A DNA stretch of 64,000 bases, from NCBI RefSeq assembly GCF_988243305.1, contig NZ_OZ547136.1; one strand, given 5' to 3'. Of the stretch, positions 11,573-21,407 are shown piece by piece. A program made the translations under genes and the position numbers. How positions within the stretch are numbered: position 1 is the stretch's first letter; each line of letters opens with the position of its first letter. The notes under the pieces are model-generated. The model was given only the letters and a program-made list of their open reading frames with translations, made no database searches and was not told the origin of the DNA.

Positions 11573-13109
11573 AATAGTCATTAAACCGAATACCTATTTT
11601 GATTCTGTCTCGCTGATGTCTATCTCCACGCGTGCAAATAAACTCGACGGCGTCGAGCAGGCATTTGTGGCGATGGCGACCGAAATGAACAAAGGCGTGC
11701 TGAAGAATTTAGGGCTGCTGACGCCGGAACTGGAGCAGGCGAAAAACGGCGACCTGATGATTGTCATCAACGGCAAAGCGGGCGCAGACAACGAGCAGTT
11801 GCTGGTGGAGATTGAAGAACTGTTCAACACCAAAGCTCAAACTGGTTCACATGAAGCACGCTATGCCACTATTGCCAGCGCCAAAAAGCATATCCCGGAA
11901 AGTAACCTGGCGGTGATTTCGGTCAACGGTCTGTTTGCCGCTCGCGAAGCGCGTCAGGCGCTGCAAAACGATCTTAACGTGATGCTGTTTTCCGATAACG
12001 TCTCAGTTGAAGATGAACTGGCGCTCAAACAGTTGGCCCACGAAAAAGGGCTGCTGATGATGGGGCCAGACTGCGGTACGGCGATTATCAACGGCGCGGC
12101 GCTCTGCTTTGGTAACGCCGTGCGTCGTGGCAACATCGGTATTGTTGGCGCATCCGGCACCGGTAGCCAGGAACTGAGCGTCCGCATTCATGAATTTGGC
12201 GGCGGCGTTTCGCAACTGATTGGCACCGGCGGGCGCGACCTGAGCGAGAAAATCGGCGGCCTGATGATGCTCGACGCTATCGGGATGCTGGAAAACGATC
12301 CGCAAACTGAAATCATTGTGCTTATCTCCAAACCGCCAGCGCCTGCGGTGGCCCGCAAAGTGCTGGAACGCGCACGCGCCTGCCGTAAGCCAGTGGTGGT
12401 CTGCTTCCTCGGTCGTGGCGAAACGCCAGTGGATGAGCAGGGGCTACAGTTTGCTCGCGGCACCAAAGAGGCGGCACTAAAAGCGGTGATGCTCTCCGGT
12501 GTGAAACAAGAACATCTCGACTTGCATACCCTGAACCAGCCGTTGATTGCGGATGTGCGTGCGCGTCTGCAACCGCAGCAGAAATACATTCGTGGCCTGT
12601 TCTGCGGCGGCACGCTGTGTGACGAAACCATGTTCGCGGTGATGGAAAAACATGGCGATGTCTACAGCAACATTCAGCCCGATCCTGAATTCCGCCTGCA
12701 AGATATCAACCGCAGCATCAAACACACCTTCCTCGACTTTGGCGATGACGACTTCACCAACGGCAAGCCGCATCCAATGATTGACCCCACCAACCGTATC
12801 AGCCGCTTGATCGAAGAGGCGCGCGATCCAGAAGTGGCGGTGATCGTGATGGATTTTGTGCTCGGGTTTGGATCGCATGAAGATCCGGTCGGTTCCACCA
12901 TCGAGGCGATCAAAGAGGCGAAAGCGATCGCCGCTGCCGAAGGACGTGAGTTGATCATTCTCGCCTATGTGCTGGGTACCGATCTTGATACGCCATCGTT
13001 AGAACAACAAAGCCAGATGTTGCTTGATGCCGGAGTGATTCTGGCCAGCAGCAGCACCAATACCGGATTGCTGGCGCGTGAATTTATCTGCAAAGGGGAG
13101 GAAGCCTGA
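11562..13109 (+). CDS. yahF: FdrA-like CoA-ligase-fold protein
   Basis: 515-aa ORF; ATG at 11562 preceded by ggaggg; overlaps yahE stop by 11 nt. Confidence 0.88.
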   Translation: MSVKIVIKPNTYFDSVSLMSISTRANKLDGVEQAFVAMATEMNKGVLKNLGLLTPELEQAKNGDLMIVINGKAGADNEQLLVEIEELFNTKAQTGSHEARYATIASAKKHIPESNLAVISVNGLFAAREARQALQNDLNVMLFSDNVSVEDELALKQLAHEKGLLMMGPDCGTAIINGAALCFGNAVRRGNIGIVGASGTGSQELSVRIHEFGGGVSQLIGTGGRDLSEKIGGLMMLDAIGMLENDPQTEIIVLISKPPAPAVARKVLERARACRKPVVVCFLGRGETPVDEQGLQFARGTKEAALKAVMLSGVKQEHLDLHTLNQPLIADVRARLQPQQKYIRGLFCGGTLCDETMFAVMEKHGDVYSNIQPDPEFRLQDINRSIKHTFLDFGDDDFTNGKPHPMIDPTNRISRLIEEARDPEVAVIVMDFVLGFGSHEDPVGSTIEAIKEAKAIAAAEGRELIILAYVLGTDLDTPSLEQQSQMLLDAGVILASSSTNTGLLAREFICKGEEA

Positions 13110-14527
13110 TGAGCCAGTCACTGTTTAGCCAACCATTGAACGTTATTAACGTCGGCATCGCCATGTTTAGCGATGACCTGAAAAAGCAGCATGTAGAAGT
13201 GACTCAACTCGACTGGACGCCGCCGGGGCAGGGCAATATGCAGGTGGTGCAGGCGCTGGATAACATTGCCGATTCGCCGCTGGCAGACAAAATCGCCGCC
13301 GCTAACCAGCAGGCTTTGGAGCGCATTATCCAGTCGCATCCGGTGCTGATTGGTTTTGATCAGGCGATTAACGTGGTGCCGGGTATGACGCCGAAAACCA
13401 TTCTTCACGCCGGACCGCCGATCACCTGGGAAAAAATGTGTGGCGCGATGAAAGGCGCGGTCACCGGAGCGCTGGTGTTCGAAGGGCTGGCGAAAGATCT
13501 CGATGAGGCGGCTGAACTGGCGGCCTCCGGGGAGATCACCTTCTCGCCGTGCCACGAGCACGACTGCGTGGGTTCGATGGCGGGTGTTACCTCGGCCTCG
13601 ATGTTTATGCACATCGTAAAAAACAAAACCTACGGCAACATCGCTTACACCAATATGAGCGAGCAGATGGCGAAGATTTTGCGTATGGGCGCTAACGACC
13701 AGAGCGTGATTGACCGCCTCAACTGGATGCGCGATGTGCAGGGGCCAATGCTGCGCGACGCGATGAAAATTATCGGCGAAATCGATCTGCGCTTAATGCT
13801 GGCGCAGGCGCTGCATATGGGCGATGAATGCCATAACCGCAATAACGCCGGGACGACGTTGCTGATTCAGGCGCTGACGCAGGGGATTATTCAGGCGGGT
13901 TATTCCGTCGAGCAACAGCGCGAAGTGTTTGAGTTTGTCGCCAGCAGCGACTACTTCTCCGGCCCGACGTGGATGGCGATGTGTAAAGCGGCGATGGATG
14001 CGGCGCACGGCATCGAATACAGCACCGTGGTCACCACCATGGCGCGTAACGGCGTCGAGTTCGGCCTGCGGGTCAGCGGATTACCGGGGCAATGGTTTAC
14101 CGGTCCGGCGCAGCAGGTGATCGGGCCGATGTTTGCCGGTTATAAGCCGGAAGATTCGGGGCTGGATATCGGCGACAGCGCCATCACTGAAACCTACGGC
14201 ATTGGCGGATTTGCCATGGCGACCGCGCCCGCGATCGTCGCGCTGGTGGGCGGTACGGTGGAAGAGGCTATCGATTTCTCCCGCCAGATGCGTGAAATCA
14301 CTCTCGGTGAAAACCCCAACGTCACCATTCCGCTGCTCGGTTTTATGGGCGTGCCGTCGGCAATCGACATCACCCGCGTGGGCAGCAGCGGCATTCTGCC
14401 GGTGATCAACACCGCCATCGCCCATAAAGATGCGGGCGTCGGCATGATTGGTGCGGGCATTGTGCATCCACCATTCGCCTGCTTCGAGAAAGCCATTCTC
14501 GGCTGGTGCGAACGTTACGGCGTCTGA
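13109..14527 (+). CDS. yahG: DUF1116-family protein (YlbE paralog)
   Basis: 472-aa ORF; ATG overlaps yahF stop (ATGA). Confidence 0.88.
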   Translation: MSQSLFSQPLNVINVGIAMFSDDLKKQHVEVTQLDWTPPGQGNMQVVQALDNIADSPLADKIAAANQQALERIIQSHPVLIGFDQAINVVPGMTPKTILHAGPPITWEKMCGAMKGAVTGALVFEGLAKDLDEAAELAASGEITFSPCHEHDCVGSMAGVTSASMFMHIVKNKTYGNIAYTNMSEQMAKILRMGANDQSVIDRLNWMRDVQGPMLRDAMKIIGEIDLRLMLAQALHMGDECHNRNNAGTTLLIQALTQGIIQAGYSVEQQREVFEFVASSDYFSGPTWMAMCKAAMDAAHGIEYSTVVTTMARNGVEFGLRVSGLPGQWFTGPAQQVIGPMFAGYKPEDSGLDIGDSAITETYGIGGFAMATAPAIVALVGGTVEEAIDFSRQMREITLGENPNVTIPLLGFMGVPSAIDITRVGSSGILPVINTAIAHKDAGVGMIGAGIVHPPFACFEKAILGWCERYGV

Positions 14528-14621
14528 CCTGCAAACGCACCTTACGATCCCTTCTCCCTTCTGGGGAGAGGGGCAACCTCACTCTCATAACCCCATCACC
14601 CTCTGTAGCGGACATAACAAC

Positions 14622-15572
14622 ATGAAAGAGCTTGTGGTCGTTGCCATTGGTGGCAACAGCATTATCAAAGATAACGCCAGCCAGTCGATTGAGCATCAGG
14701 CGGAGGCGGTGAAGGCCGTCGCCGATACGGTGCTGGAAATGCTGGCTTCCGATTACGACATTGTGCTGACCCACGGCAACGGGCCGCAGGTCGGGCTGGA
14801 TTTACGCCGCGCGGAGATTGCCCACGAGCGCGAAGGGCTGCCCTTAACGCCGCTGGCGAACTGTGTGGCGGATACGCAAGGCGGCATTGGCTATCTGATC
14901 CAGCAGGCGCTGAACAACCGGCTGGCGCGTCACGGCGAGAAAAAAGCCGTCACCGTGGTGACTCAGGTGGAAGTGGATAAAAACGATCCGGGATTTGCTC
15001 ATCCCACCAAGCCCATCGGCGCATTCTTTAGTGACAGCCAGCGTGACGAATTACAAAAGGCAAATCCTGACTGGCGTTTTGTTGAAGATGCCGGACGGGG
15101 CTATCGCCGCGTGGTCGCCTCGCCGGAACCGAAACGTATTGTCGAAGCACCTGCCATTAAGGCGCTGATCCAGCAAGGCTTTGTGGTGATTGGCGCGGGC
15201 GGCGGTGGAATTCCGGTAGTGCGTACTGAAGCGGGGGATTACCAAAGCGTGGACGCGGTTATCGACAAAGATCTCTCTACCGCGCTACTGGCTCGCGAAA
15301 TTCACGCCGACATTCTGGTGATCACCACGGGCGTGGAAAAAGTGTGTATTCACTTTGGCAAGCCGCAGCAGCAGGCGCTGGATCGGGTGGATATTGCCAC
15401 CATGACCCGCTATATGCAGGAAGGGCATTTCCCACCCGGCAGCATGTTGCCAAAAATCATCGCCAGCCTGACGTTCCTGGAGCAGGGCGGTAAAGAAGTG
15501 ATTATCACCACGCCGGAATGCCTGCCTGCGGCGCTGCGTGGTGAAACGGGCACCCATATTATTAAAACGTAA
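14622..15572 (+). CDS. yahI: carbamate kinase-like protein
   Basis: ORF 14448..15572; internal ATG at 14622 gives MKELVVVAIGGNSI (amino-acid kinase fold), 316 aa. Confidence 0.9.
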   Translation: MKELVVVAIGGNSIIKDNASQSIEHQAEAVKAVADTVLEMLASDYDIVLTHGNGPQVGLDLRRAEIAHEREGLPLTPLANCVADTQGGIGYLIQQALNNRLARHGEKKAVTVVTQVEVDKNDPGFAHPTKPIGAFFSDSQRDELQKANPDWRFVEDAGRGYRRVVASPEPKRIVEAPAIKALIQQGFVVIGAGGGGIPVVRTEAGDYQSVDAVIDKDLSTALLAREIHADILVITTGVEKVCIHFGKPQQQALDRVDIATMTRYMQEGHFPPGSMLPKIIASLTFLEQGGKEVIITTPECLPAALRGETGTHIIKT

Positions 15573-15581
15573 GGACGTAAG

Positions 15582-16964
15582 ATGAAAGAAAACAATAGCC
15601 GCCGTGAGTTTCTGAGCCAGAGCGGTAAGATGGTCACCGCCGCCGCGCTGTTTGGTACCTCTGTGCCGCTCGCCCATGCGGCAGTCTCTGGCACAATCCA
15701 TTGCGACGCGAATAACACCATGAAAATCACTGACCCGCACTACTATCTCGACAACGTGCTGCTGGAAACCGGTTTTGACTACGAAAACGGTGTGGCAGTA
15801 CAGACCCGCACGGCGCACCAGACCGTAGAGATTCAGAACGGCAAAATTGTTGCCCTGCGCGAGAACAAGCAGCATCCGGACGCCACGCTGCCGCACTATG
15901 ACGCTGGCGGTAAGCTGATGCTGCCCACTACCCGCGACATGCATATTCATCTCGACAAAACCTTTTACGGCGGGCCGTGGCGCTCGCTCAATCGTCCGGC
16001 AGGCACCACCATCCAGGACATGATTAAGCTTGAGCAGAAAATGCTGCCGGAACTGCAACCGTATACTCAGGAGCGGGCGGAAAAACTGATCGATTTATTG
16101 CAATCGAAAGGCACCACCATTGCCCGCAGCCACTGCAATATCGAACCGGTTTCCGGCCTGAAAAATCTGCAAAATTTGCAGGCGGTTCTGGCGCGACGTC
16201 AGGCGGGCTTCGAGTGTGAAATTGTCGCCTTCCCGCAGCACGGTTTGCTGCTGTCGAAATCAGAACCCTTAATGCGCGAAGCGATGCAGGCGGGGGCGCA
16301 TTACGTCGGCGGGCTGGACCCGACCAGTGTTGATGGCGCGATGGAAAAATCCCTCGACACCATGTTCCAGATTGCGCTGGACTACGACAAAGGCGTTGAT
16401 ATTCACCTGCACGAAACCACTCCGGCAGGCGTGGCAGCCATCAATTATATGGTTGAAACGGTGGAGAAAACGCCGCAACTGAAGGGCAAGCTGACCATCA
16501 GCCACGCCTTTGCGCTGGCAACGCTCAATGAGCAACAGGTAGATGAACTGGCGCACCGGATGGCGGCGCAGCAAATTTCTATCGCCTCGACGGTGCCGAT
16601 TGGCACGCTACATATGCCGCTTAAACAACTGCACGACAAAGGCGTAAAAGTGATGACCGGCACCGACAGCGTTATCGACCACTGGTCGCCTTACGGCCTG
16701 GGCGACATGCTGGAAAAAGCCAATCTCTACGCGCAGCTCTATATTCGTCCTAACGAACAGAATTTGTCCCGTTCGCTGTTTTTAGCCACTGGCGATGTAT
16801 TGCCGCTCAACGAAAAAGGCGAGCGCGTCTGGCCCAAAGCGCAGGATGACGCCAGCTTTGTGCTGGTGGACGCCTCCTGTTCCGCCGAGGCGGTGGCGCG
16901 TATCTCGCCGAGAACGGCGACGTTCCATAAAGGGCAACTGGTGTGGGGGAGTGTGGCAGGTTGA
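15582..16964 (+). CDS. yahJ: amidohydrolase/deaminase with twin-arginine signal
   Basis: 460-aa ORF; N-terminal SRREFLSQSG...AHA Tat-type signal; metal-dependent hydrolase motifs. Confidence 0.9.
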   Translation: MKENNSRREFLSQSGKMVTAAALFGTSVPLAHAAVSGTIHCDANNTMKITDPHYYLDNVLLETGFDYENGVAVQTRTAHQTVEIQNGKIVALRENKQHPDATLPHYDAGGKLMLPTTRDMHIHLDKTFYGGPWRSLNRPAGTTIQDMIKLEQKMLPELQPYTQERAEKLIDLLQSKGTTIARSHCNIEPVSGLKNLQNLQAVLARRQAGFECEIVAFPQHGLLLSKSEPLMREAMQAGAHYVGGLDPTSVDGAMEKSLDTMFQIALDYDKGVDIHLHETTPAGVAAINYMVETVEKTPQLKGKLTISHAFALATLNEQQVDELAHRMAAQQISIASTVPIGTLHMPLKQLHDKGVKVMTGTDSVIDHWSPYGLGDMLEKANLYAQLYIRPNEQNLSRSLFLATGDVLPLNEKGERVWPKAQDDASFVLVDASCSAEAVARISPRTATFHKGQLVWGSVAG

Positions 16965-17262
16965 TGCGCATTTGATATGTCTGCAACGGTGAATCGTAAG
17001 AGATTTAAGCCCCAGGGAGTGGGGCGGGAATGGTTTGTTAATGAATGATCCTGAACTTTATAATCTCCCGGCATAATTTCCAGGGGATTATTTGAGAGAA
17101 ATACACAAAAGTGAGTTTTAACAAAGGTATTTATCAGGCCATAAATGTGACCTGCTTCGGATAAAAAAGATTCAGTATCGAAAAACCAATGATACTCTTG
17201 CTGATGGTTATCAACAGTAATTAAGATGTGATTTGTTTTTCCGTAATCGCGAAAATATTCTC

Positions 17263-17673
17263 ATGACCATAAAAGAAAAAATCTCACAAAAATATCCCCA
17301 TGCTTCCTTTTGTACTTTTGGCGATTCAGCAGCGTTGGCCGATCACCTCGCAACGTTGATTGCGACTGGTGTTAAAACAGCTTCCTGTGGTTCGCTGGCG
17401 GGATGTATTGAAGACAACGCATTTCCGCTGATTGGTGAGTATAAGATTGTAGAAAATAGCCGTGGTGAGCCTGTCTGTGTTATCAGAGTGATTGGCCTGC
17501 ATTTACTGCGCTTTTCTGATGTCACCGCGGAGCTTGCCCGTAAGGAAGGTGAAGGTGACCTCAGTCTTGAATATTGGCGTAATGAACACCGTCGTTTTTT
17601 CCAGGCAGAAGGATGCTATTCACCCGAAATGGACGTTATCTTTGAAGAATATGCCCTTATTGACGTTGTGTAG
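17263..17673 (+). CDS. ASCH-domain-like small protein (strain-variable)
   Basis: ORF 17233..17673 (TTG); ATG at 17263 gives MTIKEKISQKYP; not in K-12 at this locus as far as I recall. Confidence 0.6.
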   Translation: MTIKEKISQKYPHASFCTFGDSAALADHLATLIATGVKTASCGSLAGCIEDNAFPLIGEYKIVENSRGEPVCVIRVIGLHLLRFSDVTAELARKEGEGDLSLEYWRNEHRRFFQAEGCYSPEMDVIFEEYALIDVV

Positions 17674-17923
17674 ATAACTATTTTTCTACGCGAAATAAGC
17701 TCACAAACATAAAGTATCGCTAATTTTGTTTATTTTGCTATTTTTTACGTGATGATTGTCACACTTATTGTTACTGCCCGTTTTGTCCATATTTATAACC
17801 AAATTTTTAATAGCTGCCTGAAATAGGGCTGTTTATTCTGCATAAAAATATTCGAAAATTCTTATTCTCTCCAGCGCGCTAATTTGGGCGAACACTTCCT
17901 GACTACCCTGCAATGAGGCTGAA

Positions 17924-18910
17924 ATGATGAATAAACGTTTTGTTATCAATATGGTGTCTTCGCTGTTATTAGGCGCTGCGCTAATTTCTGCGCCGCTCCA
18001 GGCAGCGGAAAAAGTCGTGGTGAATATCTCTAAAGTCGATGGTATGCCGTGGTTTAATCGCATGGGCGAAGGTGTGGTTGAGGCGGGTAAAGCCTTTGGT
18101 GTTAATGCGTCACAGGTGGGGCCTTCAAGTACTGATGCTCCGCAACAGGTTAAAATTATTGAGGATTTAATCGCCCGTAAGGTTAATGCAATTACAATTG
18201 TGCCAAACGATGCCAACGTGCTGGAACCGGTATTCAAAAAAGCGCGAGATGCCGGAATTGTGGTTCTGACCAACGAATCCCCCGGTCAGCCAAGTGCTAA
18301 CTGGGATATCGAAATCATTGATAACGAAAAATTTGCCGCTGAATATGTTGAGCATATGGCGAAACGCATGGGTGGCAAGGGCGGCTATGTGATTTACGTG
18401 GGTAGTTTGACCGTGCCGCAGCATAACTTATGGGCTGACTTGCTGGTGAAATACCAGAAAGAGCATTACCCGGATATGCATGAAGTTACCCGCCGCATGC
18501 CGGTTGCCGAGAGTGTGGATGACTCACGTCGTACCACACTGGACCTCATGAAAACCTATCCTGACTTGAAAGCGGTTGTCTCCTTTGGTTCAAACGGTCC
18601 GATTGGCGCGGGACGTGCAGTGAAAGAGAAACGGGCGAAAAATAAAGTCGCAGTCTATGGCATGATGATCCCTTCACAGGCGGCATCACTGATTAAAAGT
18701 GGTGATATCACCGAAGGGATTACTTACGATCCGGCCTCTGCAGGTTACGCACTCGCGGCCGTCGCCAGCACGTTGCTGAAGGGTGAAGAGATCAAACCTG
18801 GATTAGAAATGGAGAATCTCGGTAAGGCCGACGTAGATATGGATAAGCGAATTATCCGTTTCCATAAGGTATTACTGGTCAACAAAGACAATATCGACTC
18901 ACTTTATTAA
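17924..18910 (+). CDS. periplasmic sugar-binding protein, LsrB/RbsB-like (CUT2 ABC family)
   Basis: 328-aa ORF with signal peptide ...APLQA|AEK; C-terminus VLLVNKDNIDSLY resembles LsrB-type proteins. Confidence 0.8.
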   Translation: MMNKRFVINMVSSLLLGAALISAPLQAAEKVVVNISKVDGMPWFNRMGEGVVEAGKAFGVNASQVGPSSTDAPQQVKIIEDLIARKVNAITIVPNDANVLEPVFKKARDAGIVVLTNESPGQPSANWDIEIIDNEKFAAEYVEHMAKRMGGKGGYVIYVGSLTVPQHNLWADLLVKYQKEHYPDMHEVTRRMPVAESVDDSRRTTLDLMKTYPDLKAVVSFGSNGPIGAGRAVKEKRAKNKVAVYGMMIPSQAASLIKSGDITEGITYDPASAGYALAAVASTLLKGEEIKPGLEMENLGKADVDMDKRIIRFHKVLLVNKDNIDSLY

Positions 18911-18920
18911 TCCATTTCTT

Positions 18921-18945
18921 CGGGGCGAAAGCCCCGATTCTTATT
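18921..18945 (+). terminator. intercistronic hairpin (attenuator/terminator-like)
   Basis: cggggc-gaaa-gccccg perfect stem with GNRA loop followed by attcttatt, between the binding-protein and ATPase genes. Confidence 0.5.
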
Positions 18946-18958
18946 GCCAGGGGATGCT

Positions 18959-20443
18959 ATGGAAACCTTCCTTTCCCTTCGTCATATCAACAAAACGTTT
19001 CATGCCACGCGAGCGCTGCGCGATGTTTCTCTCGACTTTATGTCGGGTGAGGTGCACTGCCTTGCCGGGCAAAACGGCTGTGGTAAATCGACGTTGATTA
19101 AAATTATGTCCGGTGTTTATCGCCCGGATGAGGGGGCGGAAATTACGCTTGGTGGGAAAAACTGGTCAAAGCTGACACCCGCCGCTTCGGTGGCGCAGGG
19201 GATTCAGGTGATTTATCAGGACCTCTCTTTATTTCCTAACCTGAGTGTCTGGGAGAATATCGCCGTGAATCACTATCACCACGGTCTGTTTGTTAACCGC
19301 CGTCGTCTGCGTGAGGTGGCGCAGGCGGCAATGACCAGTATTAACGTCACATTGCCACTGGATACGCTCGTTTCTGAGCTTTCAATTGCCCGCTGTCAGC
19401 TGGTGGCAATTTGCCGTGCACTGGCGCAGGACGCACGGTTGATCGTGATGGATGAACCAACCGCTTCGCTGACCCATCAGGAAGTGCAAGGGTTATTACA
19501 GGTGGTGCATCAATTGCGGGAACGCGGGATCTGCGTGGTCTTCGTCAGTCATCGTCTGGAAGAAGTGATGGAAGTTTCCGACCGTATTTCAGTGCTGAAA
19601 GATGGTGAGCTGGTCGGGACCTTTCCGGCCGCAGAGATGACCACAAAACAACTCAGTTTTCTGATGACCGGCCAGGAGTTCGAATATCAGGTACGAGAGT
19701 TGTGGCAGGGAAAATCCAGCCCCCCGGTGCTGGAGGTGCGTAATTTAAGTCGTCATGGGGAATATCAAAATATTAACTTGCGGGTGGAAGCGGGCGAAGT
19801 GGTGTCGATTGTTGGCCTGCTTGGTGCGGGGCGCACGGAATTATGTCTGAGTCTGTTTGGTATGACCCGACCGGATGCTGGTGAGATCCTCATCAACGGT
19901 CAGCCGGTTACACTGCATAGTAACCAGGACGCCATCCGCCACGGTATTGGTTATGTTTCGGAAGATCGCATGTCGCGCGGTTTGGTGATGGCGCAATCTA
20001 TTGAAGACAACATCATTAGCACTGTTTTTCACAAGGTAAAAGATCGCTTCGGCTTTCTGAGTGAAGCTAAAGTGCGTGACCTGGTGGACAGGCTAATCAA
20101 GGCATTGACCATCAAAGTCTCTGACCCACATCTCCCGGTGAATACGCTTTCCGGGGGTAACGCGCAGCGAGTATCGATCGCCAAATGGCTGGCGATTGGG
20201 CCACGACTGTTGATTCTCGATAGCCCGACTGTCGGTGTTGATATCGCCAACAAAGCAGGAATATACGGCATTATCAGCGATCTGGCGGCTCATGGCATTG
20301 CGGTATTGATGATCTGCGATGAAATTGAAGAAGCGTGGTATCAAAGCCACCGGATTTTGGTAATGCAAAAAGGTCAGATCACCCATAGCTTCCTGCCTGA
20401 CAGCAGTTCTCAGGCCAGGATTGCGGAGGTGGTAAATGGCTGA
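18959..20443 (+). CDS. sugar ABC transporter ATP-binding protein (two nucleotide-binding domains)
   Basis: ORF 18944..20443; ATG at 18959 (METFLSL); Walker A GQNGCGKST; duplicated NBD typical of RbsA/LsrA. Confidence 0.85.
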   Translation: METFLSLRHINKTFHATRALRDVSLDFMSGEVHCLAGQNGCGKSTLIKIMSGVYRPDEGAEITLGGKNWSKLTPAASVAQGIQVIYQDLSLFPNLSVWENIAVNHYHHGLFVNRRRLREVAQAAMTSINVTLPLDTLVSELSIARCQLVAICRALAQDARLIVMDEPTASLTHQEVQGLLQVVHQLRERGICVVFVSHRLEEVMEVSDRISVLKDGELVGTFPAAEMTTKQLSFLMTGQEFEYQVRELWQGKSSPPVLEVRNLSRHGEYQNINLRVEAGEVVSIVGLLGAGRTELCLSLFGMTRPDAGEILINGQPVTLHSNQDAIRHGIGYVSEDRMSRGLVMAQSIEDNIISTVFHKVKDRFGFLSEAKVRDLVDRLIKALTIKVSDPHLPVNTLSGGNAQRVSIAKWLAIGPRLLILDSPTVGVDIANKAGIYGIISDLAAHGIAVLMICDEIEEAWYQSHRILVMQKGQITHSFLPDSSSQARIAEVVNG

Positions 20444-21407
20444 ACTGAAAAAACGCCATGAATTCTGGCTGGCATTACTGATTGTGGTGCTGTTTGTTGG
20501 CCTTGCCTGGCGCAGCGACGAGTTTCTGACATTCGGTAATTTGTACGATCTCGCCAATAACTATGCCATGTTGACTATTCTCGCCTGTGGTTTGTTTGTG
20601 GTGTTGATTTCCGGTGGAATTGATATTTCGTTTCCAGCAATGACCATCATTGCCCAATACGGCATGGTGCTGTTGCTGCAAAAAATTGGTGGCAACTTCG
20701 CTGTCGCGTTTGCCCTGGCGGGCGGCATCGGCATTTTACTTGGCTTAATTAACGCCTTACTGGTTAATCGCCTACGGGTGCCTTCTATCATCATCACTAT
20801 CTCGACGCTGAATATTTTCTATGGCCTGCTGTTATGGTTGAGTAAAGGTGTGTGGCTGTACGACTTTCCGCCGTGGTTTGAGCAGGGGGTTATGTTGTTC
20901 AAGTACACCGATGCTGATGGCTATGACTATGGCCTTGGTCTACCGCTGATCGCCATGATTACGGTGGTGCTGCTAACAGCGTTTATCATGAATTTCACCA
21001 GTGTAGGGCGCAAAATTTATGCCCTTGGCGGGAACCGCGAATCAGCCAGTCGCATCGGCTTTAGTGTGCTGAAACTGCAACTTTTCGTCTATGGCTATAT
21101 GGGATTGATGTCTGGTGCTGCGGGTGTAGTGCAGTCGTGGACGGTGATGACTGTCGCCCCCGATTCTCTTCTGGGTTATGAGCTGACAGTACTGGCTGCG
21201 GTGGTGCTTGGCGGCACTAGTTTGCTCGGCGGGCGCGGCACGTTAACCGGTACTTTGCTCGGCGTGGTGTTGTTGGCAGTGATGCAAAACGGGCTAAATT
21301 TATTGGGAGTCTCGTCTTACTGGCAAACATTGATCACCGGCATCATCATCGTTGCCAGCATTAGTGCCACGGCGTGGAGTCAGCATCAGAACCGGAGTCT
21401 GCTATGA
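20436..21407 (+). CDS. sugar ABC transporter permease
   Basis: 323-aa multi-TM ORF; start overlaps ATPase stop by 8 nt. Confidence 0.85.
   Translation: MAELKKRHEFWLALLIVVLFVGLAWRSDEFLTFGNLYDLANNYAMLTILACGLFVVLISGGIDISFPAMTIIAQYGMVLLLQKIGGNFAVAFALAGGIGILLGLINALLVNRLRVPSIIITISTLNIFYGLLLWLSKGVWLYDFPPWFEQGVMLFKYTDADGYDYGLGLPLIAMITVVLLTAFIMNFTSVGRKIYALGGNRESASRIGFSVLKLQLFVYGYMGLMSGAAGVVQSWTVMTVAPDSLLGYELTVLAAVVLGGTSLLGGRGTLTGTLLGVVLLAVMQNGLNLLGVSSYWQTLITGIIIVASISATAWSQHQNRSLL

Noticed and set aside
14549-14575. Small hairpin between yahG and yahI as a terminator
   Set aside because: Only a 6-bp stem with no T-run, and the genes look co-transcribed (95-bp gap). Too weak to call.
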